From an uncultured Acidobacteriaceae bacterium (lineage in GTDB: Bacteria; Acidobacteriota; Terriglobia; Terriglobales; Acidobacteriaceae), in assembly GCA_963777035.1 (NCBI GenBank), contig CAVZPJ010000002.1, forward strand, positions 194,418 to 258,417: a stretch of DNA of 64,000 nt. Direction: 5' to 3'. A program made the position numbers and the translations under genes. Shown here piece by piece: positions 1-9,606 of the stretch. How positions within the stretch are numbered: the stretch's first letter is position 1; every line of letters begins with the position of its first letter. The notes under the pieces were generated by a model. It had not been told where the DNA came from and made no database searches. It saw only the letters and a program-made list of their open reading frames with translations.

Positions 1-429
1 AGCCCCGGTCCAGCCAAAATCAATCGCCGTTGTCCCTGTTCCATAACCATCCGGGCCCGGTGAGGGGAGTCCGGTTTGAGCAACAAATGAGACATCCGTG
101 GGCAATTTGTAAATCACGGTATTCTGATCGCCCTGAAATCCTGCCAGCGTCGGAGAAATCGTGATGGTGTTGCTCACTGGCGTGGTCGTCGAAGTAAAAG
201 TCACCGAGTACGCTGTCCGCTGTGAGATCGCGTTGTCGCGCGCCTGTCGCATCGCGGCCAGCGTGATGTTGTACGCATTCGTTACCCGTTGAGCTTTCAA
301 CAATGGAATCAGGCTGATGACCGAGACCACGGTCACGATGATGCTGAGTGCCAGCACCATGGTCATTTCCAGCAAGCTGAAGCCGCTCGCCCGATGTCGG
401 CGATCCGCATTCGTTTCCGGGCTAGTCAT
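1..429 (-). CDS. Prepilin-type N-terminal cleavage/methylation domain protein (type IV pilin or T2SS pseudopilin-like); 3' end lies outside the window
   Basis: Absent from the ORF track because there is no stop in the window. My minus-strand translation from ATG 429 reads MTSPETNADRRHRASG/FSLLEMTMVLALSIIVTVVSVISL. This gives a basic leader, Gly-1, Phe+1, Glu+5 and a hydrophobic helix. Four more in-frame ATGs lie upstream, up to 453. Confidence 0.7.
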   Translation of the reverse strand, partial: MTSPETNADRRHRASGFSLLEMTMVLALSIIVTVVSVISLIPLLKAQRVTNAYNITLAAMRQARDNAISQRTAYSVTFTSTTTPVSNTITISPTLAGFQGDQNTVIYKLPTDVSFVAQTGLPSPGPDGYGTGTTAIDFGWTGA

Positions 430-456
430 TAGCATTAGCATTAGCATTGGCATTAG
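427..456. repeat. Hexanucleotide tandem repeat (CATTAG)x5, one unit CATTGG
   Basis: Read directly: cattag cattag cattag cattgg cattag. It overlaps the 5' end of the prepilin gene. Confidence 0.9.
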
Positions 457-841
457 TATTTGCCGTTCCTGCGGCTCCCCGCTTCATCGAACAAGATCGT
501 CGGAACTTTCCTGTAACTGCGATGGGTCAGCCCGGTATCGCCCGCCGACCCCGTCGTGGATCGCGGCTGCGGCACGGTCTGACTCACTCGATGTTAGGAA
601 CTGTCTAGGGGCGCGTCAAAGTACCGGGGTACACCGGCCTTTCGTACACTGTCCTTTAGTAAGTAATTCTGGGAGAGTTACTGTCGTGCTGAGCGCCGCT
701 TGTTGATCGTCACTGAAGCTTCGTTAGTGAAGCTCGGTTGCCAGGAGAAAAGTAGAAAGGGCGGCGGTAGAAAAAGAAAGTCTAATTCGGTCGATCCTCG
801 TGACACAGGTAACTTGTCGTGGGAACAGTGCTTCTCTTACG

Positions 842-1987
842 ATGATTGCACTTATGGAGCTACGCGCCCTCTTGGTGTGCCCGGATCAGGACTCAGCCAG
901 CGTGCTTGAACTGATCCTGTCTGAACTGGGTATGGGGGTCGAGCATACGCCCTCGATCTCGCGTGGACTCGAACTGATTGAAAGTCAGCGCTTCGACGCG
1001 ATCATCCTCGACTATCGTGCCGACCAGAGTTCGGAAGAATTTCTCTCGCGGTTACGTCAGTCCACCAAAAACCGCGCGAGCATGCTGATTGCGGTGGTGG
1101 ATAGCGATTTCAACGCTCGCCCGGTGTTTGGACTGGGCGCCAATTTTGTTCTCTATCGTCCGCTTTCGTCGGAGCGTACTCGCATTAGTTTGCGTGCTGC
1201 CCGCGGACTGATACGGCGCGAGCGCCGTGCTCCGCGTACGCCGGTGAATTCGACGATCAACGTCGCCTATCCTGGCGCGCCTGAAACCAACGCAGTCCTG
1301 GCGGATCTGAGCGATGGAGGAAGCTTGATTCACAGCAGCAACCGGCTTCCGCCCGCATGCAAAGTTTATTTTGAATTCGAGCTTCCCGGTCAGCGGCAAG
1401 TGGTCCGTTTATCGGGTGAAGTCGCGTGGCAGGATGCCAGCGGCCGCACCGGAATTCGTTTTCTCGATGTACCGCAGTCCTCGCGTCGTCTGATGCAGAC
1501 CTGGCTGCAGCAGAACAGCGGCCGATCGGCAAATCGGCCGCCGGCAAGCGCCTCGGCATCGCCGGCAAACCCACCGTCTGTAACGGTGGTCTCGGGGGTG
1601 AACCTCGAACCTAAGGCGGAAACAAGAGAGACCGGATTCGCGTCCAATGCCGGAAACCGCCGCGGGGAGTACCGTTTGGCCTGCAAGCTGGGAGCGGAGG
1701 TCTACCGGCTCGGCACTCTCGTGCCCAATCGCTGCACCCTGTCCGATATCAGCGAGGGAGGTTGCTACGTAGAAATGCCATCGCCATTTGTCACGCAATC
1801 AGGGGTGGAGATTGTGGTGCGCACAGCAGACACGAAATTGCGCATCCGGGGGCAGGTTTTAACGACCCATCCCGGGTTTGGCATGGGCGTACGCTTTATG
1901 TTCCGCGATTCCCGCGAGCGCGAAGAAATTATGCGTCTGCTGGCGATTCTCTCGGCGGGTCCGTCGCTGAACGAACAACCCCGCTGA
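842..1987 (+). CDS. Receiver-like domain protein with two PilZ (c-di-GMP binding) domains
   Basis: From ORF 800..1987; the likely start is ATG 842 (MIALMELRALLV). The N-terminus is CheY-like (FDAIILDYRAD). Two PilZ signatures are present: RRERR...DLSDGGS and RRGEYR...LSDISEGG (RxxxR + DxSxxG). Confidence 0.7.
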   Translation: MIALMELRALLVCPDQDSASVLELILSELGMGVEHTPSISRGLELIESQRFDAIILDYRADQSSEEFLSRLRQSTKNRASMLIAVVDSDFNARPVFGLGANFVLYRPLSSERTRISLRAARGLIRRERRAPRTPVNSTINVAYPGAPETNAVLADLSDGGSLIHSSNRLPPACKVYFEFELPGQRQVVRLSGEVAWQDASGRTGIRFLDVPQSSRRLMQTWLQQNSGRSANRPPASASASPANPPSVTVVSGVNLEPKAETRETGFASNAGNRRGEYRLACKLGAEVYRLGTLVPNRCTLSDISEGGCYVEMPSPFVTQSGVEIVVRTADTKLRIRGQVLTTHPGFGMGVRFMFRDSREREEIMRLLAILSAGPSLNEQPR

Positions 1988-2019
1988 AACGCGTCGGCGA
2001 AAGCGACTCGACCTGCGTG

Positions 2020-3015
2020 CTAGGCTAACTGCTCTTTCTTTTTCTCTTTCTCTTTCTCTTTCTCTGTCACGGCCCGCCGAAAATATTCCAGCGAGAGCTT
2101 CAGCCCGCTCTCCAATTCGACTTTCGGCGTCCATCCGAGCAGACGCTTCGCCTTCGAAATATCGGGACGCCGCTGCTTGGGGTCATCCTGCGGCAACGGT
2201 TCGAACTTGATCTGGCTCTTTGATTCCGTCGTCGCAATCACTTTTCGCGCGCACTCCAGAATCGTGAACTCCGTGGGATTTCCAATATTCACCGGCTCAT
2301 GCTCGTTCGACCGCGACAGGCGGAGAATTCCGTCGACCTCGTCGCTGACATAGCAGAAACTGCGGGTCTGGCTGCCGTCGCCATACACCGTGAGATTTTC
2401 TCCGCGCAGCGCCTGCCACATAAAATTCGGAATGACGCGCCCATCGTTGATCTGCATGCGAGGTCCATAGGTGTTGAAGATGCGGAGGATCCGGGTGTCG
2501 ACGCGGTGATAGCGGTGATACGCCATGGTGACGGCCTCCGAAAACCGCTTGGCCTCGTCGTACACCGACCGCGGCCCGATGGGATTCACATTTCCCCAAT
2601 AGGTCTCGGTCTGGGGGTGGACGAGCGGATCGCCATAGCACTCGGAGGTGGATGCCATCATGAATTTCGCGCCGCACCGCAGCGCCGTTTCGAGCGCTTC
2701 AAACGTCCCATAGGATCCCACGCGCAGGGTGTCAATTCCGTGCGCGGCGTAATCCACCGGGCTTGCGGGGCTGGCGAAGTGAAACACATAATCCAATGGG
2801 CCCCACTCCACGGGCTGGCAAACATCTTTCTCCACAAACTCAAATCGCGAATCGTTTCGCAGGTGCTCAATGTTGGTGAGTCGCCCGGTCAGCAGATTGT
2901 CGGCCGCGACCACGGAATAGCCTTCGGCGATCAGTCCTTCGCAGAGATGCGATCCGAGAAAACCGGCTCCTCCGGTTACCAGCGCACGGCGTATTTTTTT
3001 GGGTTCGACACTCAT
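2020..3015 (-). CDS. UDP-glucuronate decarboxylase (UDP-xylose synthase-type SDR)
   Basis: Contains [13 protein letters not shown] Rossmann motif, [33 protein letters not shown] and a YxxxK motif. The C-terminal [11 protein letters not shown] tail is encoded by a hexamer repeat. Confidence 0.85.
   Translation of the reverse strand: MSVEPKKIRRALVTGGAGFLGSHLCEGLIAEGYSVVAADNLLTGRLTNIEHLRNDSRFEFVEKDVCQPVEWGPLDYVFHFASPASPVDYAAHGIDTLRVGSYGTFEALETALRCGAKFMMASTSECYGDPLVHPQTETYWGNVNPIGPRSVYDEAKRFSEAVTMAYHRYHRVDTRILRIFNTYGPRMQINDGRVIPNFMWQALRGENLTVYGDGSQTRSFCYVSDEVDGILRLSRSNEHEPVNIGNPTEFTILECARKVIATTESKSQIKFEPLPQDDPKQRRPDISKAKRLLGWTPKVELESGLKLSLEYFRRAVTEKEKEKEKKKEQLA
2032..2067. repeat. Hexanucleotide tandem repeat (CTCTTT)x6 inside the 3' end of the decarboxylase gene
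   Basis: Read directly: ctcttt cttttt ctcttt ctcttt ctcttt ctctgt. Confidence 0.9.
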
Positions 3016-3067
3016 AATGTTGAAAAACGTTTTGAGAAGAGTTTTGAGAAAAGCTTCGCGGCAGCTT

Positions 3068-4480
3068 TCAGGCCCGCTCCTTTTTCTTCGGGCGCGCTCC
3101 TGCCGTCACTTCTTCCGTCAGCGCAGCGGGACGGCCGACACTGTAGTAAGAGAATCCGTGCTCCACCATCACTGCCGGATCATACAGGTTTCGACCATCG
3201 AGGACGATGGGATACCTGACCAGCGTGCGGAGACGCTCCAGATCAAGGGTGGCAAACTCTTCCCACTCCGTCAGGATCAGCAACGCATCGGCGCCGGTTG
3301 CCGCCTCATAGGCGTCGGAGGCAAAATCTACGCCTGTTTTCAGCAACTCTTTCGCTCGGTCCATGGCCGCCGGATCGTAGGCGCAAATATGGCACCCCTC
3401 GCGCACGAGTTCCTGCACCAGCAGCAGCGCCGGAGACTCGCGAATATCGTCGGTGCCACCCTTGAAGGCGAGCCCGAGCACACCCAGGCGTTTGCCGCGG
3501 AAGGTCCACAGGACGCTTCGCACCTTGCGCAAAAAGCGGTGACGCTGCTCTTCGTTGATCCGGATGACTTCTTCGAGGAGCCGGAAGTCGTATCCGTTTT
3601 CTTTCGCGACGGCGCGAAATGCCATCAGGTCTTTCGGAAAGCAGGATCCACCGTACCCGATACCGGGATTCAAGAACCGTGGTCCGATGCGCGAATCCGT
3701 GCCAATACCGTCGCATACCTGCTGCACATTTGCGCCGACCGATTCGCAGATGGACGCGACGGCGTTAATAAAGGAAATTTTCATCGCCAGGAACGCGTTC
3801 GAAGCATGCTTGATGAGTTCGGCGCTCTGTGCGCTGGTGATGATCAACCGTGGCGGCGTCTTTCGGGCTGCTTCCGGACCCGGAATGGCGTCTCCCCGGC
3901 CGTAGTACCATCCGCTGGTCAGCGGCCCATAGATCTGGCGCATGACTTCGGCGGCGCGGTCATTCTCGACGCCCACCACGATGCGGTCGGGATAGAGAAA
4001 ATCTGTGACTGCTGTCCCTTCCCGCAGAAACTCGGGATTTGAAGCCACATCGAAGTGCGCCGGATCGGCTCCATTTCTCATGATGATGGTGCGGATCCAC
4101 TGGCTCGTATAGACGGGAACCGTGCTCTTCTCCACCACCACTTTGTAGCCGTCGACGCCTCCGGAGATTTCCCTCGCCACTGATTCCACGTAGGACAAAT
4201 CGGCGTCTCCGCTTTCGGTCGGCGGCGTTCCGACGGCGATGAATACAGCCTCGCTCTCTCGCGTGGCGGCCTGCAAATCGCTGGAAAACGAGATGCGGTC
4301 GCCGCGATGCCGCCCTAGTAGTTCGGGCAGAAACTGTTCATGAATCGGCACTTCGCCATTCTTTAGTGCCGCGAGTTTTTTTGCGTCGTTATCGACCAGG
4401 ACGACATGGTGCCCGAGATCGGCAAAGCACACCCCCGTTACCAGCCCTACATATCCGGAACCGACTACCGCAATGCGCAT
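3068..4480 (-). CDS. ugd: UDP-glucose 6-dehydrogenase
   Basis: Starts [26 protein letters not shown] and contains GGSCFPKD (catalytic Cys). Length is 470 aa. It lies directly upstream of the decarboxylase on the same strand. Confidence 0.9.
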   Translation of the reverse strand: MRIAVVGSGYVGLVTGVCFADLGHHVVLVDNDAKKLAALKNGEVPIHEQFLPELLGRHRGDRISFSSDLQAATRESEAVFIAVGTPPTESGDADLSYVESVAREISGGVDGYKVVVEKSTVPVYTSQWIRTIIMRNGADPAHFDVASNPEFLREGTAVTDFLYPDRIVVGVENDRAAEVMRQIYGPLTSGWYYGRGDAIPGPEAARKTPPRLIITSAQSAELIKHASNAFLAMKISFINAVASICESVGANVQQVCDGIGTDSRIGPRFLNPGIGYGGSCFPKDLMAFRAVAKENGYDFRLLEEVIRINEEQRHRFLRKVRSVLWTFRGKRLGVLGLAFKGGTDDIRESPALLLVQELVREGCHICAYDPAAMDRAKELLKTGVDFASDAYEAATGADALLILTEWEEFATLDLERLRTLVRYPIVLDGRNLYDPAVMVEHGFSYYSVGRPAALTEEVTAGARPKKKERA

Positions 4481-4789
4481 AGCGAGCCTGCTCTCCTTGA
4501 GTTCTCAGTTGCACCTCCGGCTCGTCGGCGTGCACATTCTTACTTTAGCAGTGTTTAGAGCCCAGAATGGCTCTCGAAAGTAATGGTCGCGTTCCGCAGG
4601 TCGGGAATGGGAATTAGAATCTCACAAAAACGGGTGACCGCCATCACTGCTCAAAGTCTAACGTGCTGTGCTGTCTTACCATTACCGAATCGACCGGCAC
4701 TTTCCCGCTTCTACCAACGTAACCATGGCCGAGGAAACGCCTCTCAACTCCTGCCATGACAACGGCTAAACTACAAAAGCCGAGTCTTC

Positions 4790-7120
4790 ATGACGAGATT
4801 TGCAGCCATGGTTTTCTTTTATGCGATGCCGCTCTTTTGCCAGAGCAATGGGGGCGAGTTGCGCCTGAAAGTAACCGATCCCGACGGCTTGGGCGTTAAG
4901 ACTACGGTTCAGATCGTCAGCCAGGCGAATCAGTATCGCAATACTCTGACGACTAACGATCAGGGTCGCCTGGACGTGCAGCGCCTGCCTTACGGCATCT
5001 ATCAGCTCGAAATCCAGCAGCCGGGTTTCGCGCAGATCTCGAAATCTGTCGATATCCATTCGTCGCTTCCGACCGAATATGCGATGCAACTCATGTTGCC
5101 CTCGGTCCAACAATCTGTAACCGTCACTGCGCCGGATACGCTGATCGATCCCGATCAGGCGGGCTCGGTCAATCAGGTTGGCGCGGAGGAAATCCGAAAC
5201 CGGCTTGGTTCGGTTCCAGGCCGTTCCTTGCAAGACCTAGTGAATTCGCAGCCGGGCTGGCTCTACGAAGGCAACGCAGTGCTGCATCCGCGTGGCTCGG
5301 AGTATCAGACGCAGTTTGTGGTCGACGGCATCCCGCTGACGGATAATCGCTCGCCCAGTTTCGGGCCTCCGATGGATGCCGACGATCTGGAGTCGTTGAG
5401 CATCTACACGGCAGGCTTTCCCGCCGAGTATGGGCGCAAGATGGGTGGAGTGGTCGAAGTCAATATGCTTCAGGATTCGCAACCCGGTTTCCATGGCCAG
5501 CTCGTGCTTTCCGGCGGCAGCTTCGATTCCGGAGCGGCGGCCGCGAAGGGGCAATACGGCTGGGGCAAGAATACGTTTGGCGCCAGCGCGAGTGGGGCGA
5601 TGACCGACCATTATCTGAATCCCGTAGTGCCGCAAAACTTTTCGAACACGGGTACGCTGGGCGTCTTTTCGGCCAACTATGAGCGCGAGTTGACGCCGAA
5701 TGACCGCTTGCGATTCATCGTTTCGCACGAATTCTCGCGTTACGATATTCCAAACGAGCAAGTGCAACAAGCGGCAGGCCAGATCCAGACCGCGGACAAC
5801 ATCGAGACGATGGGGATCGCCTCCTACGTGCATACCTTTTCACCCCAGGCGCTGGCTGATTTTCGCGTGATGGCGCGCGACAATTCGATCGGGTTCAACT
5901 CCAATCCAGAGTCGACACCCATCGAGGTCTTCCAGCAGAATTTCTTTAATGAAGAATATTTCAAGGGGACCGCAACCATTACTCACGGCCGGAACGAATG
6001 GAAGTTTGGATTCGAATCTGACAATACATTTCTCAACGAAAATTTCCGCTATCACATCACCGATCCCAGCCAGTTTGACGAAGGCACCGCTCCCGACTTT
6101 GCCTTCCTGGGAAGCCGGCCCGATCTCGAGCAATCCGTATTCGTGCAGGACCAGATCCACCTGAAGAACTGGACCATCAATGCAGGTTTGCGCTGGGACC
6201 ACTACCAGCTTTTCTTGAACCGACAATCGCTGGATCCGCGCATCTCAATTTCACGTTACTTTCCCGGTGCGGACCTGCTGCTGCATGTCTCCTATGACCG
6301 GGTTTTTCAGACCCCATCCTTTGAAAACATTTTGCTTTCGAGTTCGCCATCCGTTGAAGCCATCAACCCAAGCAACTTTCTGCGGCTGGTCGAGCCCTCC
6401 GAAGGCAACTACTACGAGGCGGGCTTGACCAAGGAGTTCCACGGCAAGCTCAAACTTGACGCCAACTATTTTCGACGCAATGTGGCCAACTATGCGGACG
6501 ACGATCAGATCGAGAACACGACCATCAGTTTCCCGATCGCGTTCGACAAAGCCATCATCTACGGTGCAGAAGCCAAACTTGAAGTGCCTGACTGGCATCG
6601 ATTCTCCGGCTTCTTGAGCTATTCTTATACCGTCGGCCAAGCGTGGTATCCGGTGACGGGTGGATTGTTTTTAGGCAATGACGCCCAGGGAATACCAACC
6701 AGCGGCCATTTTCCGGATTCGCAAGACCAGCGCAACACGGTTCGAGGACGCCTTCGCTACCAAGTGAAACCGCGATTCTGGATCGCCGGCGGCATTCAGT
6801 ACGACACCGGTCTGCCGTTTGAGTTCCAGTGCGATCCAACTATGCCCATTTCCCGGTGCATTGCCAACGAAGTCCAAACCTACGGCCAGCAGGTGATCGA
6901 CCGCATTAACTTCGCTCGCGGACGCATTTATCCTTCTTTCCAAATGAACGCCTCGGCGGGCGCGGATGTTTATCAATCCGACCATGTCAAAGCGCGACTC
7001 CAGATTGACGGACAGAATCTAACCAACGTTCTCGACGTTATTGACTTCGGTGGTCTTTTCTCGGGCAATGCCATTGGACCATCGCGGAGCGTAGCGCTGC
7101 GCCTCACCACGACTTTCTAG
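4790..7120 (+). CDS. TonB-dependent receptor with N-terminal carboxypeptidase-regulatory-like domain
   Basis: Has a signal peptide and a CarboxypepD_reg-like beta-sandwich (LRLKVTDPDGLGVKTTVQIV..LPYGIYQLEIQQPGF). A plug-like segment (VVDGIPLTDNR) follows, then a long barrel ending in the terminal ..LRLTTTF. Confidence 0.8.
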   Translation: MTRFAAMVFFYAMPLFCQSNGGELRLKVTDPDGLGVKTTVQIVSQANQYRNTLTTNDQGRLDVQRLPYGIYQLEIQQPGFAQISKSVDIHSSLPTEYAMQLMLPSVQQSVTVTAPDTLIDPDQAGSVNQVGAEEIRNRLGSVPGRSLQDLVNSQPGWLYEGNAVLHPRGSEYQTQFVVDGIPLTDNRSPSFGPPMDADDLESLSIYTAGFPAEYGRKMGGVVEVNMLQDSQPGFHGQLVLSGGSFDSGAAAAKGQYGWGKNTFGASASGAMTDHYLNPVVPQNFSNTGTLGVFSANYERELTPNDRLRFIVSHEFSRYDIPNEQVQQAAGQIQTADNIETMGIASYVHTFSPQALADFRVMARDNSIGFNSNPESTPIEVFQQNFFNEEYFKGTATITHGRNEWKFGFESDNTFLNENFRYHITDPSQFDEGTAPDFAFLGSRPDLEQSVFVQDQIHLKNWTINAGLRWDHYQLFLNRQSLDPRISISRYFPGADLLLHVSYDRVFQTPSFENILLSSSPSVEAINPSNFLRLVEPSEGNYYEAGLTKEFHGKLKLDANYFRRNVANYADDDQIENTTISFPIAFDKAIIYGAEAKLEVPDWHRFSGFLSYSYTVGQAWYPVTGGLFLGNDAQGIPTSGHFPDSQDQRNTVRGRLRYQVKPRFWIAGGIQYDTGLPFEFQCDPTMPISRCIANEVQTYGQQVIDRINFARGRIYPSFQMNASAGADVYQSDHVKARLQIDGQNLTNVLDVIDFGGLFSGNAIGPSRSVALRLTTTF

Positions 7121-7255
7121 GGCCTATCGGAGTCGAATTACGGAATTGCGAGACTGGCAAATGCTTCCAATTGACTTCCCCCCCGTTTCGCGGGAAACTC
7201 GCTCTGAGCCTGCCTCCCCCTGCAGCCTTGTCGTTGCAGGCTGCCGGAACAACAT

Positions 7256-8656
7256 ATGTTCCCGCACCCTATGTCGAGGTCCGAGTTCCAACCTGACGAT
7301 GCGTCTCCTGACCCGACCGAGACGCTTGAGCAGCACCTCTTCGCCGGTTTTCCGCCCGACCTCGCTCTTGATCTGGTTCTCAACGAACTCGTCGTTCGCG
7401 CCGCGGAGGCCACTCACGCCACGGCCGCCGCTCTGGCGCTCGTCCGCGGAGACGAAATGGTTTGCCGCGCTGCCACCGGGAATCTCGCACCCGATCTCGG
7501 CATCCCGCTCAACCCGCGCGATGGTCTCTCCGGCGCATGTCTGCAGACTCATCAACCGCAGCTTTCCGTCGATACCGAGTTCGATCCCCGCGTCGATCCC
7601 ACGGTCTCGCGGCGACTCGGCATCCGCTCCATCCTCATCGTTCCTGTCTTCGACAGCCCAGATAAAAACGCGCAATTCGCAGGAGTTCTCGAAGTTTTTT
7701 CGACCTCTCCGGCAGCGTTCTCTGACGTGGACCAAAAGCGATTGGAAAGTTATGCGGAGGAGTGTGCCCGCATTCGCCGGGCCGCGCTCGAAGTTGGAGA
7801 GCGCCCGCGTGTCGCTCCACCCGGTGCGTCGATCGCCACTTCGGCTTTCCTGCCCGAACTTCTTCCACCCGCGGCGGAGGTTCATGAGTCTTTCGCGCCG
7901 GATTTGCCGGCGGAGAGTACTGCGCCGGCTCGACGTGGCCCGTACGAAGGTTGGACCGTTGTCCTCGGAGGCTTGGCGATTGTAACCATCGTCGCTTTCA
8001 GCTTTCTAATTGGAGCCCGGGTTGGATGGTTGCGGCGGGCCGGGTCGCAGAGGCAGATTGCACAATCCCAAGTGGAGGAAAGCTTGGCCGCCACTCCCGC
8101 CGATGATCGCGCAAATCCGGTGTCAGCGGAAAAAGCGTCATCAAAAAACTTGCCCACGAAAACTCCGGCGCGGCCAACTCCAACGCCTGCGGCCGACGAG
8201 TTAGTGGTCTATGAAAAAGGCAAGGTGATCTTTCGAATGAAGCCGGCCCCCAAGTCTGGAAGCGATGCCGTCGTAGAAGCGTCATCGACCACCCGGATCG
8301 TCACGGCGAAGACCCCCACGACCACAGCCGCCGCAACCAAAACAGGCACGGCGAAAGCAGCCGCCCGAAGTGTCTGGCTCTCGCAAGCGCAAGCTGAAAC
8401 TCACCTTCTCAGCCGCGTCGAGCCACAGTACCCGGCGGAGGCGCTCGCTGCGCATCGCGCTGGGGACGTCGTCCTCGAGGTCCAAGTTAGCGAAGATGGC
8501 TCAGTTTCGAATGTTCGCACTCTTGCCGGAGACCCGCTGCTGGCTGCCGCTGCGAGCGAAGCCGTCCGCAACTGGCGCTACCGGCCCTACCGTCAAAACG
8601 ACCAGCCGGCGCAATTCCAAACCGATGTAACTCTGAGCTTCACATTGCCCAACTGA
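7256..8656 (+). CDS. GAF domain - TM - Pro/Ala-rich linker - TonB C-terminal domain protein
   Basis: The N-terminus is GAF-like (AALALVRGDEMVCRAATG...SILIVPVF...GVLEVFS). A single TM helix follows (WTVVLGGLAIVTIVAFSFLIGA). The C-terminus is TonB_C-like (EPQYPAEALAAHRAGDVVLEVQVSEDGSVSNVRTLAG...AVRNWRYRP). Confidence 0.7.
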   Translation: MFPHPMSRSEFQPDDASPDPTETLEQHLFAGFPPDLALDLVLNELVVRAAEATHATAAALALVRGDEMVCRAATGNLAPDLGIPLNPRDGLSGACLQTHQPQLSVDTEFDPRVDPTVSRRLGIRSILIVPVFDSPDKNAQFAGVLEVFSTSPAAFSDVDQKRLESYAEECARIRRAALEVGERPRVAPPGASIATSAFLPELLPPAAEVHESFAPDLPAESTAPARRGPYEGWTVVLGGLAIVTIVAFSFLIGARVGWLRRAGSQRQIAQSQVEESLAATPADDRANPVSAEKASSKNLPTKTPARPTPTPAADELVVYEKGKVIFRMKPAPKSGSDAVVEASSTTRIVTAKTPTTTAAATKTGTAKAAARSVWLSQAQAETHLLSRVEPQYPAEALAAHRAGDVVLEVQVSEDGSVSNVRTLAGDPLLAAAASEAVRNWRYRPYRQNDQPAQFQTDVTLSFTLPN

Positions 8657-8714
8657 TTGGTCGGAAGCCGGATTCTTCTATTCAACTTTGATCGACTATC
8701 TAACACCTGGCGGT

Positions 8715-9542
8715 CTACGAAAACGCCAGTTCCTTGGCCCGCTGCACCGCCTTCACTACGGCCTTAATCAAAGTGACGCGCAGTTTGCCTTCCTCGAGTT
8801 CCATGATGCCGTCAATCGTGCATCCCGCCGGAGTCGTGACCGCGTCCTTCAACAGCGCTGGATGATCTCCTGTTTCGAGCACTACGCGAGCGGCGCCCAT
8901 GGTTGTCTGCGCCGCCAGCAGCGTTGCAATATCGCGCGGCAGCCCTACCTTCACACCCGCCTCCGCCAGCGATTCCAGAATGATGTAGATATAGGCTGGA
9001 CCGCTCGCCGACAAACCGGTCACCGCGTCCATGTGTTTTTCGTCGACGACCACGGTGCGACCCATGGCGTCAAAGAACTTCGTCGCCATCTCCAGATTCT
9101 GTTTCGTAGCGAACTTTCCCTTGCACAGTGCAGTCATGCCCGCGCCCAGCACGCACGGAGTGTTCGGCATCGCCCGCACCACCGGAACTTCTTTCTCCAG
9201 CGCCCGCTCAATCATTTCGGTGGGGACTGAGGCGGCCAACGAAATCACCAACTGTTTTTCATGGACGTGGGCGCGAATCTCCCGCACCACGTCCGCCACC
9301 ACCTGCGGCTTCACGCAGAGAAAAATAACATCCGCGTTTTTCACCGCCTCCGCGTTGTCGGTCCCGGCGCGTACTTTCAACTTTTCCCTCAGGATCCGCG
9401 CCCGCTCCGGATGCGCCACGGTTGCCCAAGTTTGTGCCGGCGAAAGCAATCCATCTCGCAAGAGAGACTGCAGCAGAATCGATCCCATCTTTCCCGCGCC
9501 TAAAACCGCTACTTTCTTTTTGAAACTGAAACTCTGCGTCAT
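8715..9542 (-). CDS. proC: Pyrroline-5-carboxylate reductase
   Basis: Contains the KKVAVLGAGKMGS Rossmann motif and the C-terminal ..VTTPAGCTIDGIMELEEG.. signature. Length is 275 aa. Confidence 0.9.
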   Translation of the reverse strand: MTQSFSFKKKVAVLGAGKMGSILLQSLLRDGLLSPAQTWATVAHPERARILREKLKVRAGTDNAEAVKNADVIFLCVKPQVVADVVREIRAHVHEKQLVISLAASVPTEMIERALEKEVPVVRAMPNTPCVLGAGMTALCKGKFATKQNLEMATKFFDAMGRTVVVDEKHMDAVTGLSASGPAYIYIILESLAEAGVKVGLPRDIATLLAAQTTMGAARVVLETGDHPALLKDAVTTPAGCTIDGIMELEEGKLRVTLIKAVVKAVQRAKELAFS

Positions 9543-9606
9543 ATGATTTCTCCCAAAAAATGAATGCCGAGTAGAGACGCGGATTGGGGCGCTGGCCGCG
9601 AGCGCT

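Noticed and set aside
317-706. 129-aa + strand ORF overlapping the prepilin gene and the hexamer repeat.
   Set aside because: It overlaps the minus-strand prepilin gene (1-429) and is otherwise a Ser/Arg/Cys-rich, low-complexity translation with no family motif.
2299-4042. Long ORFs antisense to the decarboxylase and ugd genes (2299..3219, 2999..4042). Similar shadow ORFs elsewhere include 7124..7885, 12711..13940, 33961..34788, 40889..41821, 44273..45223, 46353..47066, 55012..55833 and 53023..53793.
   Set aside because: Each lies opposite a gene with strong family motifs. Their translations are Arg/Gly/Pro-rich and low in complexity, as expected for open antisense frames in GC-rich DNA, and they contain no motifs.
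4481-4789. Possible cobalamin or other riboswitch upstream of the TonB-dependent receptor, and likewise upstream of metH at 16923-17279.
   Set aside because: I could not find a B12-box-like sequence or another riboswitch core that I know. The metH upstream region is explained by REP-like units. This is not a formal exclusion, and cmscan would settle it.
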